Part shown: positions 9,304 to 17,981 of the stretch, one piece after another
Layout: every line of letters begins with the position of its first letter
How positions within the stretch are numbered: position 1 is the first letter of the stretch
Origin: an uncultured bacterium
Lineage (GTDB): Bacteria; Hydrothermota; Tepidihabitantia; Tepidihabitantales; Tepidihabitantaceae
DNA: 64,000 bases
NCBI GenBank assembly: GCA_964626075.1
Contig: CAZVDD010000018.1
Span: 18,189-82,188 of the forward strand
Reading direction: 5' to 3'
Program-made: the position numbers and the translations under genes
Notes under the pieces: model-generated
The model's database searches: none
What the model saw: the letters and a program-made list of their open reading frames with translations, nothing else
What the model was told of the DNA's origin: nothing

Positions 9304-10464
9304 CTATACTCCTACAACCACAACTGCTCCAACCTGCATTAAATCACCCCATGCTTGGGCAACGCCGCGCTTTACCTTTCGCGCCACCTGACGCTTTCCT
9401 GCCTCCCCCCTTAACTGCCAGAAAAGTTCTGCCACCTTCATCAAACCAGCAGCGGCTATTGGATTACCAACCCCGAGCAACCCACCTGAAGGACAAACTG
9501 GCAACTCACCATCACGCTGAGTAACACCGTCTACGGTAAGTTGCGGCGCCTCTCCTCTACCGCACAAAAGCAGCCCCTCCATGTGGTGCAGTTCTTTGTA
9601 ATCAAACGGGTCGTAAGGCTCGGCAATATGAATCTGATGACGTGGGTCAGTAACACCTGCCATCTTGTATGCCATCCTTGCTGCCTCTTCAACATAACGC
9701 GGATAACACAGGTCGCGATTTGTCCAGTAGGCGGTATCCAGGGACCAACCGACGCCCTCAATCCATACCGGTTTGTCGGTAACCCTTCGGGCAACAGTCT
9801 CGTTTGCCAGAATTACCGCCACTGCGCCATCCGAAACCGGGCTGACATCAAGCCTTTGTACCGGCCAGGCAAGAACTTCGGAGCTAAGGATATCATCCAG
9901 TGTAACCTTGCCGCCGAGTTGCGCTGCCGGATGGTCAAGAGCATTATTTTTGTTCTTCACCGCAACCAGGGCAATATCCTCTTTCCGTAATCCGTAGGTG
10001 GTCATATAGCGGTTCATCTCGAGCGCAAATATCCAAAGCAAATTTGGCTTTAAAGGTCGCTCGGTGGTGTGGTCAAAAATTGTAAGAAACGCCCCCTGGG
10101 GGTGAGGCTGGAAAGAGGACATCTTCTCCTCACACACCACAAGACAGGTATCGAAAACACCGGAAGCAACATGATACCACCCATGAGCAACGGCGAACAC
10201 TCCGGTACCGCCGCCCACATAACACCGCATATAGGGCTTTCCCCAGGCACCGGCACCCGGTGACAGATACTCACCTTTCATATGCACACCATCAAAAGTG
10301 TCCGGGGCGCTACCTAACACGACGCCGTCAATCTGGTCAAGCTTCATCCCGCAACTATCCAGCGCCATTTTTGTTGCATAGAAGGCAAGTTCCTGACCGG
10401 TCTCCTGCGCCCGCCGCACGAACTTTGTCATTCCCACACCAACGATTGCTACTCTATTCCCCAT
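9304..10464 (-). CDS. SCP-x/archaeal-type thiolase-like protein (acetyl-CoA C-acyltransferase or retro-aldolase family)
   Basis: 386 aa, MGNRVAIVGVGMTKFVRR... thiolase-fold N-terminus; candidate nucleophile Cys in MRCYVGGGTG; glycine-rich C-terminal GGLLGVGNPIAAAG. Confidence 0.8.
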   Translation of the reverse strand: MGNRVAIVGVGMTKFVRRAQETGQELAFYATKMALDSCGMKLDQIDGVVLGSAPDTFDGVHMKGEYLSPGAGAWGKPYMRCYVGGGTGVFAVAHGWYHVASGVFDTCLVVCEEKMSSFQPHPQGAFLTIFDHTTERPLKPNLLWIFALEMNRYMTTYGLRKEDIALVAVKNKNNALDHPAAQLGGKVTLDDILSSEVLAWPVQRLDVSPVSDGAVAVILANETVARRVTDKPVWIEGVGWSLDTAYWTNRDLCYPRYVEEAARMAYKMAGVTDPRHQIHIAEPYDPFDYKELHHMEGLLLCGRGEAPQLTVDGVTQRDGELPVCPSGGLLGVGNPIAAAGLMKVAELFWQLRGEAGKRQVARKVKRGVAQAWGDLMQVGAVVVVGV

Positions 10465-10473
10465 TGCTCCTCC

Positions 10474-11634
10474 TTAAACAGTTAAAATTGCAACGGCGAC
10501 ACTTGTCGTCGGAAGCCCACGCCAAGCGTGAACCAGCGCGGTTCGGGGGTTGGGCAGTTGATTCTTTCCACAAGCACCACGCAACTCTTGCACCGCCCAA
10601 TAGAACCGGGCAAGACCTGTCGCCTCGTAAAGATAACCCATCCCTAAGGCGCCACCCGACGAATTTACGGGCAAATTACCCTTCAATTCTGTCCGGCCCG
10701 ATTCAATCCATCCTCTCAACTCACCTTCACCCACCAGCCGCAATTCCACAAGGTGCTGCAACTCCTTGTAAGAGTAAGTATCATCGACCTCGGCAAAGTC
10801 AATCTCCTTGGCCGGGCACTGAATACCTGCATGCCGATAAGCCATATCCGCTGCCTTGGTAACAAAATCCTGTCTTTCCCAATTGCGGGACTCCAGACTG
10901 AAAGAGCCACTACACCATCCAACGCCACTCAGAAACACCGGTTTTGCTCCATTACTATACCTTTTCCGTAACCACGCCTCAGAAGCCAATACAACTACCA
11001 CCGCACCATCAACCGGCTGAGCGATATCAAGTTCGGAAAGCGGAAAAGCCACTATCGGTGAAGATCGGAAATCGTCGTCAGAAAGTCTTGCCGCCCGCCC
11101 GGCTAAAGGATTAGCAAGTGCATTAGCCCGGTTCTTCTTCACCACCGCTGCACAGTGCTCGCGGCTCAAACCAGAGCGCTGGAGAAACAGGTTCATCTCC
11201 AGCCCGGCAATAAAAATGTTGTTCAAACCAAGCGGCCGATTAAAAACCGGGTCCTGAGCGCAAACCGCCACCCCATCCGGTGTCAGGATGTTTGATGCCT
11301 TAGAGTGTGCCTCCACCACCGCCACATCGAACTCGCCCGTCATTATTTGAAGCCACGCCGCCGCAATCCCATGCAGCCCTTCGCCGGAAATGGTATGCAT
11401 CTGTTTGAGTGCTGCCCCCAGTTGGTCGGGCACATACTCATCAAATATGCTCGTTCCTTCATGGTAGTCCTCAGCGCAGGTTACAAAAGTATCCACATCG
11501 CGCCGCGGATCGATACCCGCATCCTCATAAGCCTTTACTGCCGCCTCAAACATCAGTTCCTTATAAGAAACATCGGGCGAGATGGAACGAAACTGGGTTG
11601 CGCCGATGCCGACAACCGCTACTTTATTTGTCAT
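10474..11634 (-). CDS. SCP-x/archaeal-type thiolase-like protein, paralog lacking an obvious nucleophile Cys at the equivalent position
   Basis: 386 aa, MTNKVAVVGIGATQFRSI...; the position equivalent to the nucleophile Cys reads TISGEG; C-terminal SSGGALGMGYLYEATG. Confidence 0.75.
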   Translation of the reverse strand: MTNKVAVVGIGATQFRSISPDVSYKELMFEAAVKAYEDAGIDPRRDVDTFVTCAEDYHEGTSIFDEYVPDQLGAALKQMHTISGEGLHGIAAAWLQIMTGEFDVAVVEAHSKASNILTPDGVAVCAQDPVFNRPLGLNNIFIAGLEMNLFLQRSGLSREHCAAVVKKNRANALANPLAGRAARLSDDDFRSSPIVAFPLSELDIAQPVDGAVVVVLASEAWLRKRYSNGAKPVFLSGVGWCSGSFSLESRNWERQDFVTKAADMAYRHAGIQCPAKEIDFAEVDDTYSYKELQHLVELRLVGEGELRGWIESGRTELKGNLPVNSSGGALGMGYLYEATGLARFYWAVQELRGACGKNQLPNPRTALVHAWRGLPTTSVAVAILTV

Positions 11635-11884
11635 TGTGCCTCCTTGAAAATCAACCTTCTCGGGAAATTTACCATAAAAAATTTACGACGCACGGACTGG
11701 ATTATACCCCGAAAATGTTTTGTGTCAATGAAAAACCCGTCAGATTCGGACGATTGACTTATGACAGTTCCAGTTGCATTCCAACGTGAAAATGCTTGTC
11801 ATCTTCCCCCGAAAACCTGGGAGCACCCTTATTTGACAAACACGGTAAGACTCTCTATCCTTCACTATCAAGGACAATCATCCG

Positions 11885-13444
11885 GTGCATAAATCGCTAA
11901 TCCTTTCTACCATCAGCCTTCCCTTTCTGATACTTTTCCTGCTACTACCATCGCGTCGTTACAACACCGATGGCTTTCGGGTCCTCGCCACACTTCACCG
12001 GGTAACAGTCAGTCCTGAAGGCACTAGACAGTTTACCCCTCTTAACTGGCAAACCGCCTACCAGCAACCTTACTACTTCCGCCAGAATGTCCAAAAACAT
12101 TTTTTATTTCCTATTTACGCCTACACCGCCTTCCGCATCTTTCGACTGTTCCGATACCAAGACAACGGCGTCAAACCATTGCAAACTGCCAACGCCATTT
12201 CTGCCACCATTACCCTGCTGTTGTTTGCTTTTCTTTTCACAACTCACTCCTACCCGCTTTCCACCGTAATCATCGCAACCTTGGGACTGGGTTTATCGAG
12301 CGCCTTTGCCGCCCAGGCAACCAACATCGCCGAGGTAGTGCCCGCAACAACCCCCTTGACACTGGCGCTTATTCTTATTGAAAAAAGAAAACCGTTTATC
12401 GCGGCGATTTTTCTCGGCATCAGCGCCGCCTTTTACCTTTTGTCCCTGTTTGTTGTCCCTTTTCTCATTTTATTGTTTTTGGGCCGAACACCGCGCCGCA
12501 TCCCGCTCTCCCTTCTTATCATCCCGCCCATAACAACTCTTTTCATCTATTTAACTGTCCTTATCCCTGCCGGCAACAAAAACCTGCAGGACCTCCTGAC
12601 CGCGCTCTTCTTTTTACCGGAACAGGGCACATTTGGCGGATTCAAACTGTCGAATTCCATCTCTACCCCGCTCGGCTTTATATCCAGTATCCTTCCCGTA
12701 CTCCCCGAAAACTTCTCCGGTATCAAAACCGCACTTGCCACCCGAAACCCGCCCCCACTCCTGCTATTAACCTCAATCATCATTGGCATTCTACTTCTGA
12801 CCCTGCCACTGCTAACGGCGCACAAAAAAGTGCAACGAACACCGGGCATCGCCCTGCTCATTACCAGTCTGGTCACCGCCCTCTTCTGGGACCCCTATCA
12901 TCAGAAAATCTGGCTCTATGGAGTTATCGGCTTCTGGCTTGTTCTTGCCCATCTCCGCCATTTACGCCTCTTCATTTTACTTATCCTGTTTATATTGATC
13001 CCGCTTAACATCAACGCCCTCATCAAAAACCACCAACCAAACCGAAAATGGCAAACCGCACAAAAACTTGCTCGCTTTCTACTTTTTGAACAACACCCCG
13101 GAAACAAAAAAGTTGTATTTGGTAACTGGGAACCGGAATTTGACTACCTCACCGCCTTTCTGCCCGACACCTGCCTTATCTCAATACCCGACCTCATCCT
13201 TGAAATTAGAAGAGACTCCAGCCGATTCCATTCAACAATTGACTCCATCAAACTGAGTTGTCCGGCAGCCGCAGTCTATTTTGTCAACACCTTCAACCGC
13301 ACCAAACAACAGTTAGAAAAGTTATATGTTCACCGCCTTAAATTCCCCTATATCCTCACCTGGCTGGAGAACCAGCGCCCTTTTACCCAGCCCTTATGGC
13401 ATGACTCGTTAACCGGCACCACCCTCTACCAGCTCTCCAATTAA
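11885..13444 (+). CDS. Polytopic integral membrane protein, function unknown (possibly GT-C-like glycosyltransferase)
   Basis: 519 aa with more than 10 hydrophobic segments; GTG start; no recognisable catalytic motif. Confidence 0.5.
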   Translation: MHKSLILSTISLPFLILFLLLPSRRYNTDGFRVLATLHRVTVSPEGTRQFTPLNWQTAYQQPYYFRQNVQKHFLFPIYAYTAFRIFRLFRYQDNGVKPLQTANAISATITLLLFAFLFTTHSYPLSTVIIATLGLGLSSAFAAQATNIAEVVPATTPLTLALILIEKRKPFIAAIFLGISAAFYLLSLFVVPFLILLFLGRTPRRIPLSLLIIPPITTLFIYLTVLIPAGNKNLQDLLTALFFLPEQGTFGGFKLSNSISTPLGFISSILPVLPENFSGIKTALATRNPPPLLLLTSIIIGILLLTLPLLTAHKKVQRTPGIALLITSLVTALFWDPYHQKIWLYGVIGFWLVLAHLRHLRLFILLILFILIPLNINALIKNHQPNRKWQTAQKLARFLLFEQHPGNKKVVFGNWEPEFDYLTAFLPDTCLISIPDLILEIRRDSSRFHSTIDSIKLSCPAAAVYFVNTFNRTKQQLEKLYVHRLKFPYILTWLENQRPFTQPLWHDSLTGTTLYQLSN

Positions 13445-13495
13445 CACCCGAACAACCGCTTGACCACGCTTTCGTTTTCGTTAGATTTAACCTGT

Positions 13496-14635
13496 ATGAA
13501 AATCCACGAATATCAGGCTAAACAGATTTTTGCCCAGGCGGGAATCCCAACTCCCCGCGAGGTAATGGTAAAGTCACCTCTGGAAGCAAAACAGGCAGCT
13601 GTTGCGGTCGGCATTCCTGCGGTACTCAAAGCCCAGGTCCTGGTTGGTGGCAGAGGCAAAGCCGGTGGTGTCAAACGCGTCGATCGATTTGAAGATGTCC
13701 AACCGACCGCCGAAACAATCCTCGGGATGTCAATAAAAGGGTTAAAAGTCACAAAACTCCTCGTCTCGGAATGTGTCCCGATTAAATCCGAGTTCTACCT
13801 CGGTATAACGATAGACCGTTCCGCACGGCAGCCGGTTCTACTCGCATCCGCCGCGGGTGGCGTTGAGATTGAAGAGGTAGCGAAAACCAGCCCGGAAAAA
13901 ATACTTAAGGCGGAAATCGACCCCATGCTCGGCATCCTCCAATTTCAAACCCGCAACATCGGCTTTTCCCTGTTCAACGACCTGAAATTGGCCAGCACCT
14001 TCAGCACCCTCTGCCAAAAACTGTACCAGATATTTGTCCAGCGCGACTGCTCGCTTGTGGAAATCAACCCGTTGGTATTAACAGACGCGGGCGCACTGCT
14101 TGCCTTGGACGCCAAAATCAACTTTGACGACAACGCCCTTTTCCGCCATCCCGAAAACGAAGCGTTACGTGACCCGGAAGGTGAAGAACCCAAAGAAATG
14201 GAAGCAAAAGCCGCCGGTCTTTCTTACATCAAACTCTCCGGCAATGTTGGCTGCATCGTCAACGGTGCTGGTCTGGCAATGGCGACGATGGATTTAATCA
14301 AACGCTACGGCGGCGAACCGGCAAACTTCCTTGATGTTGGTGGCTCATCATCACCCGAAAAGATGGTAACCGCGATGCGCATCATCCTCTCCGACCCCAA
14401 TGTTAAGGCAATCCTCGTCAACATCTTCGGCGGCATCACCCGCTGCGACGACATCGCCCAGGGGCTCATTGCCGCAACCGAGAAAGCCAAAATCAAAGTG
14501 CCCATTGTCGCCCGACTGGTGGGCACCAATGCCGAAAAGGCGTGTGCCCTGCTTGCCGATAGTCCGGTCTTAAGTGCCACCGGAATGAGTGAAGCGGTCA
14601 AACTGGCGGTTATTAAAGCAAAGGAGGCAAGATGA
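13496..14635 (+). CDS. sucC: Succinyl-CoA synthetase (ADP-forming) beta subunit
   Basis: MKIHEYQAKQIFAQAGIPTPRE... ATP-grasp SucC N-terminus; start moved to the internal Met. Confidence 0.88.
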   Translation: MKIHEYQAKQIFAQAGIPTPREVMVKSPLEAKQAAVAVGIPAVLKAQVLVGGRGKAGGVKRVDRFEDVQPTAETILGMSIKGLKVTKLLVSECVPIKSEFYLGITIDRSARQPVLLASAAGGVEIEEVAKTSPEKILKAEIDPMLGILQFQTRNIGFSLFNDLKLASTFSTLCQKLYQIFVQRDCSLVEINPLVLTDAGALLALDAKINFDDNALFRHPENEALRDPEGEEPKEMEAKAAGLSYIKLSGNVGCIVNGAGLAMATMDLIKRYGGEPANFLDVGGSSSPEKMVTAMRIILSDPNVKAILVNIFGGITRCDDIAQGLIAATEKAKIKVPIVARLVGTNAEKACALLADSPVLSATGMSEAVKLAVIKAKEAR

Positions 14636-15495
14636 GCATCCTGATTGACCAGAACACGCGATTGATTGTTCAGGGCATCACCGGCCGAGACGGCGCCTTT
14701 CACGCCCGATTGATGAAAGAGTATGGCACACAAGTTGTTGGTGGTGTAACCCCGGGCAAAGGTGGACAGGAGATTGAAGGCATACCGGTTTTCAACTCGG
14801 TTGCGGAAGCGGTCCAGACAACTGATGCCAACGCATCAATCATCTTTGTGCCTGCTAACTTTGCGGGCGATGCGCTACTCGAAGCGGCTTTCTCCGGTGT
14901 AGAACTTATCGTCTGCGTCACCGAAGGGGTCCCGGTCCTTGATGCAATCAAGGCAATTGCGGTCGCCCGAACCCGTGGCGTCCGGATTGTTGGTCCCAAC
15001 TGCCCCGGTGCAATTTCGCCCGGAAAGGCAAAAGTTGGGATAATGCCCGCTACCGCATTCCGGCCTGGGCCGGTCGGCATCGTTTCCCGTTCCGGAACCC
15101 TGACCTATGAGATTGCCGCCAACACCGGCAAGTTCGGTCAATCAACTGTGATCGGTATCGGTGGCGACCCGGTTATCGGCACAAACTTCATTGACTGCTT
15201 AAAAATGTTTCAGGACGACCCCGAGACCAAAGCAATTGTCATCGTGGGCGAGATTGGTGGTAGTGACGAAGAAAAGGCAGCCCAGTTTGTCCAACAATAT
15301 GTAAGAAAACCGGTATTCGGCTTCATCGCGGGTCAGACCGCGCCCCCAGACAAAAGAATGGGTCATGCTGGCGCCATCATATCTGCCGGTTCCGGCACCG
15401 CCCAAGAAAAGATTCGGGCGTTCCAGTCCGCAGGCATTGATGTTATCTACGAACCCGAGGAACTGGCAGAAAAACTTAAGGCAAGAATAATGTAA
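14632..15495 (+). CDS. sucD: Succinyl-CoA synthetase alpha subunit
   Basis: MSILIDQNTRLIVQGITGRDGAFHARLM...; CoA-binding and His-phosphorylation region; start overlaps the sucC stop. Confidence 0.9.
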   Translation: MSILIDQNTRLIVQGITGRDGAFHARLMKEYGTQVVGGVTPGKGGQEIEGIPVFNSVAEAVQTTDANASIIFVPANFAGDALLEAAFSGVELIVCVTEGVPVLDAIKAIAVARTRGVRIVGPNCPGAISPGKAKVGIMPATAFRPGPVGIVSRSGTLTYEIAANTGKFGQSTVIGIGGDPVIGTNFIDCLKMFQDDPETKAIVIVGEIGGSDEEKAAQFVQQYVRKPVFGFIAGQTAPPDKRMGHAGAIISAGSGTAQEKIRAFQSAGIDVIYEPEELAEKLKARIM

Positions 15496-15877
15496 CATTT
15501 TAGTAACCTGGTACTTAATCCATAAAACCCATAAGCCGGTTCAACAACCACGAGACCGTGCCTCAGATAGCCAAACCAGCATGAGGGCCTTTACAGTTCC
15601 CCAAAATCACCGCCCCTTACTCCATATCCGGTATTACAAATCAGAATCCGGAAAAGCAATCTCCAACTCACCCCTTAATTAAACCGGCTAACCAATCATC
15701 GAATCGCTCTGGGAACCGCTCCCTGAGTCGTTCCCTGACTCACTTCCTGAACCCTTTCCTGTATCCTATCTACCGACATTCGAATTGCAATATTAATTTT
15801 AACAACGCTTTTACCCTCGCCACGACAGAAAGAAACAGGAATAATTATAGAGAAAAAATGCAATTACCGAAAGCCTT

Positions 15878-17437
15878 CTATTTCACCCGTATTACCTTGC
15901 CGGTAAAATTTTTACCGTCTGCCGCAACGATAATGTAATAAACCCCTTCGGGCAACTGCTGGCTCATTTCATCTCTGCCATCCCACATAAAACTGTACCC
16001 GCCCGTTAATCTGACCCCATTACTCAACACCCTTATCTTCCTGCCCGACTGGTCAAATATATTTATTAAAACAGGACGGTTTAAGCCGAAGATGTTAATT
16101 GTGGTCCTTTCTTTGAAGGCAAACGGAAAGCAACGGACCCATCCAGCACTTTTGTTTTCTGCTTGTTCAGTGATACCGGTCAAGCGGTTGGTGGAAAACC
16201 AGATTTTTGCTTTGCCCGAGCGCATATCCTGCCAGACGATATAGGCACAACCTTCACCATCAACCGCAATACTCGGGTCCCATTGCTGAACCGAGGGCAT
16301 TAAACTCACGGGTTCCCTTTGCTGCCAGGTGAGCCCAAAGTCAGTTGAACTTGTATAATAGATATTCCAGATTTGATTCTGCCTCTCGGCAATCATCAAG
16401 GCAGTATGGACTGTACCTTGACGGTCTATTGCCAATTTTGCACCCTGAGTAAACGAACTGTAAATCGTATCCAGTTCAGTTACTAAAACCTGTTCACCCC
16501 AGGAGTCGCCCTGAACAAAATAGGTTCTCGCCATTGTGACTGATTGGTTGCTGCCAGTTCTGCCGCCGGTGTAATCGGTAATTATGTGTATTTCATCAGC
16601 AACGATATGGGGCATCCGGCAGTAAGCAGAAAATGTGTCCAGTTGAAACCCGGGTGAAAAACTCCTGCCCCTGTCGGATGATTTATAGAAATGAGAATGG
16701 AGCACAATCTGACTGCCCTGACGGACGGGCGCATCCGCTACTATTAAATAGTGATTTGTTCCTGGTTGTACAAAAACATCCGGCGGATAGCAATTAAAAG
16801 AGACGGTGTCATCGTCGACTCGGACATCAGTTCCCCAGGTTCTACCCCCATCGGTTGAAACATCGGCATAAACCCTCAAGTATGAACTTCGCTGGTCGGT
16901 CCAGGCACAGAAAAGGTTGTCTGCAGTATCAATCGCCAGTTTGACCCAGCCCACCGGCACCATCGAAGGATTGTCATCAACCTGCACCGGGTCTGTCCAG
17001 GTTTCACCCATATCGGTTGAGCGAACAAAATGGATATGCCCCCGACTGCCATCGACCCGGTCAACATAAATCAGATATACGGTTCCGTCTCGTGCCACCT
17101 GCAAATCTGGATAACAGGCAAACCGGTTTCCCCGCCGAACAATGATATTTTCACTGAGCCAGGTTCTGCCACCATCAGTTGACCGCTGAAATGCAATATC
17201 ACTTCGCTGAACGGTTAAAGGCACCGAATCGTCCTCAAATGCCACATAGATGGGTTGAACGCCAGCAGTATCAGGACCAATCGCAATCTCGGCATGATAG
17301 CAGGCGTAGTTTACTCTATTCTTCCAGTCAACCCGCACCGCAGGAATAAAATCGGCTCGACTGAAATTGAACAGGAGTAAAATGATGGTAGAGAAGAGAA
17401 AACGATTAATCAGGGTATGTCTGTTATAGTTACTCAC
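15878..17437 (-). CDS. Secreted BNR/Asp-box repeat beta-propeller protein (sialidase-like fold) with T9SS-type C-terminal sorting domain
   Basis: Five SxDxGxTW/F Asp-boxes (STDGGRTW twice, STDMGETW, SSDRGRSF, STDFGLTW); N-terminal signal peptide; C-terminal roughly 80 aa resemble a T9SS sorting domain (...GVYYIIVAADGKNFTGKVIRVK). Confidence 0.7.
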   Translation of the reverse strand: MSNYNRHTLINRFLFSTIILLLFNFSRADFIPAVRVDWKNRVNYACYHAEIAIGPDTAGVQPIYVAFEDDSVPLTVQRSDIAFQRSTDGGRTWLSENIIVRRGNRFACYPDLQVARDGTVYLIYVDRVDGSRGHIHFVRSTDMGETWTDPVQVDDNPSMVPVGWVKLAIDTADNLFCAWTDQRSSYLRVYADVSTDGGRTWGTDVRVDDDTVSFNCYPPDVFVQPGTNHYLIVADAPVRQGSQIVLHSHFYKSSDRGRSFSPGFQLDTFSAYCRMPHIVADEIHIITDYTGGRTGSNQSVTMARTYFVQGDSWGEQVLVTELDTIYSSFTQGAKLAIDRQGTVHTALMIAERQNQIWNIYYTSSTDFGLTWQQREPVSLMPSVQQWDPSIAVDGEGCAYIVWQDMRSGKAKIWFSTNRLTGITEQAENKSAGWVRCFPFAFKERTTINIFGLNRPVLINIFDQSGRKIRVLSNGVRLTGGYSFMWDGRDEMSQQLPEGVYYIIVAADGKNFTGKVIRVK

Positions 17438-17892
17438 AGTTCACTCTTTGTGCCCTGCCGCTGCCAGTATATCAAGGTGCCAAGGGTGCCTTCCTTCTCC
17501 TTGACCAGGATGCAATACAACCCTTCATTCGCTTTTTCATCCTCTTTTATTTTCCGATAACTGTTTACTATTACCTGGTCAGAAAGTGAACTGCTGCATT
17601 CAACATCCAAAAACAGGTTTGCTACCCGCTCATCATAAAATTTCCGAACAACTGGTAACGAATCAGTTGTCCGAAAGACATAAAACCGGTTAATTTCTTT
17701 TTCGTCGGTTGAAGCAGAATAGTCAATTACACTGGCACCCGGATAGTTAAGTTCTGGCGGAAAATCGAGCAGGAAATCGCTCAATTGACTCTGACTTAGC
17801 CTGAACTTCTTTTCGACCTTTTTACTCGGGACGTTACTACAACTTAGCATAAGGATCGCACAAACGATTGGGACGATTACGGTGCCCTTCAT
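17434..17892 (-). CDS. Hypothetical lipoprotein
   Basis: 152 aa; signal peptide with lipobox-like LSCSN; precedes the BNR protein in the same orientation. Confidence 0.5.
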   Translation of the reverse strand: MKGTVIVPIVCAILMLSCSNVPSKKVEKKFRLSQSQLSDFLLDFPPELNYPGASVIDYSASTDEKEINRFYVFRTTDSLPVVRKFYDERVANLFLDVECSSSLSDQVIVNSYRKIKEDEKANEGLYCILVKEKEGTLGTLIYWQRQGTKSEL

Positions 17893-17981
17893 ATTGACTT
17901 TTTTCTCTTTCTTAAACCATCAAAGATAGGAAATTGTAAAATGACATTTGGAAATGTCAATATTAATTTGAAAGCACGCGG

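Noticed and set aside
10260-10862. 200-aa plus-strand ORF spanning the junction of the two thiolase-like genes
   Set aside because: It is antisense to both thiolase-like genes; proline/arginine-rich low-complexity translation.
11635-11884. Near-palindrome ATGACAG...CTTGTCAT between the thiolase operon and the membrane-protein gene as a regulator binding site
   Set aside because: Arms are separated by about 27 nt and imperfect; it could simply be overlapping divergent promoters (TTGACA-17-TATCCT seen for the plus gene).
12547-13256. Minus and plus-strand small ORFs inside the membrane-protein gene (e.g. 12547..12876, 12916..13107)
   Set aside because: They are embedded antisense or off-frame in a long hydrophobic ORF; codon usage is atypical.
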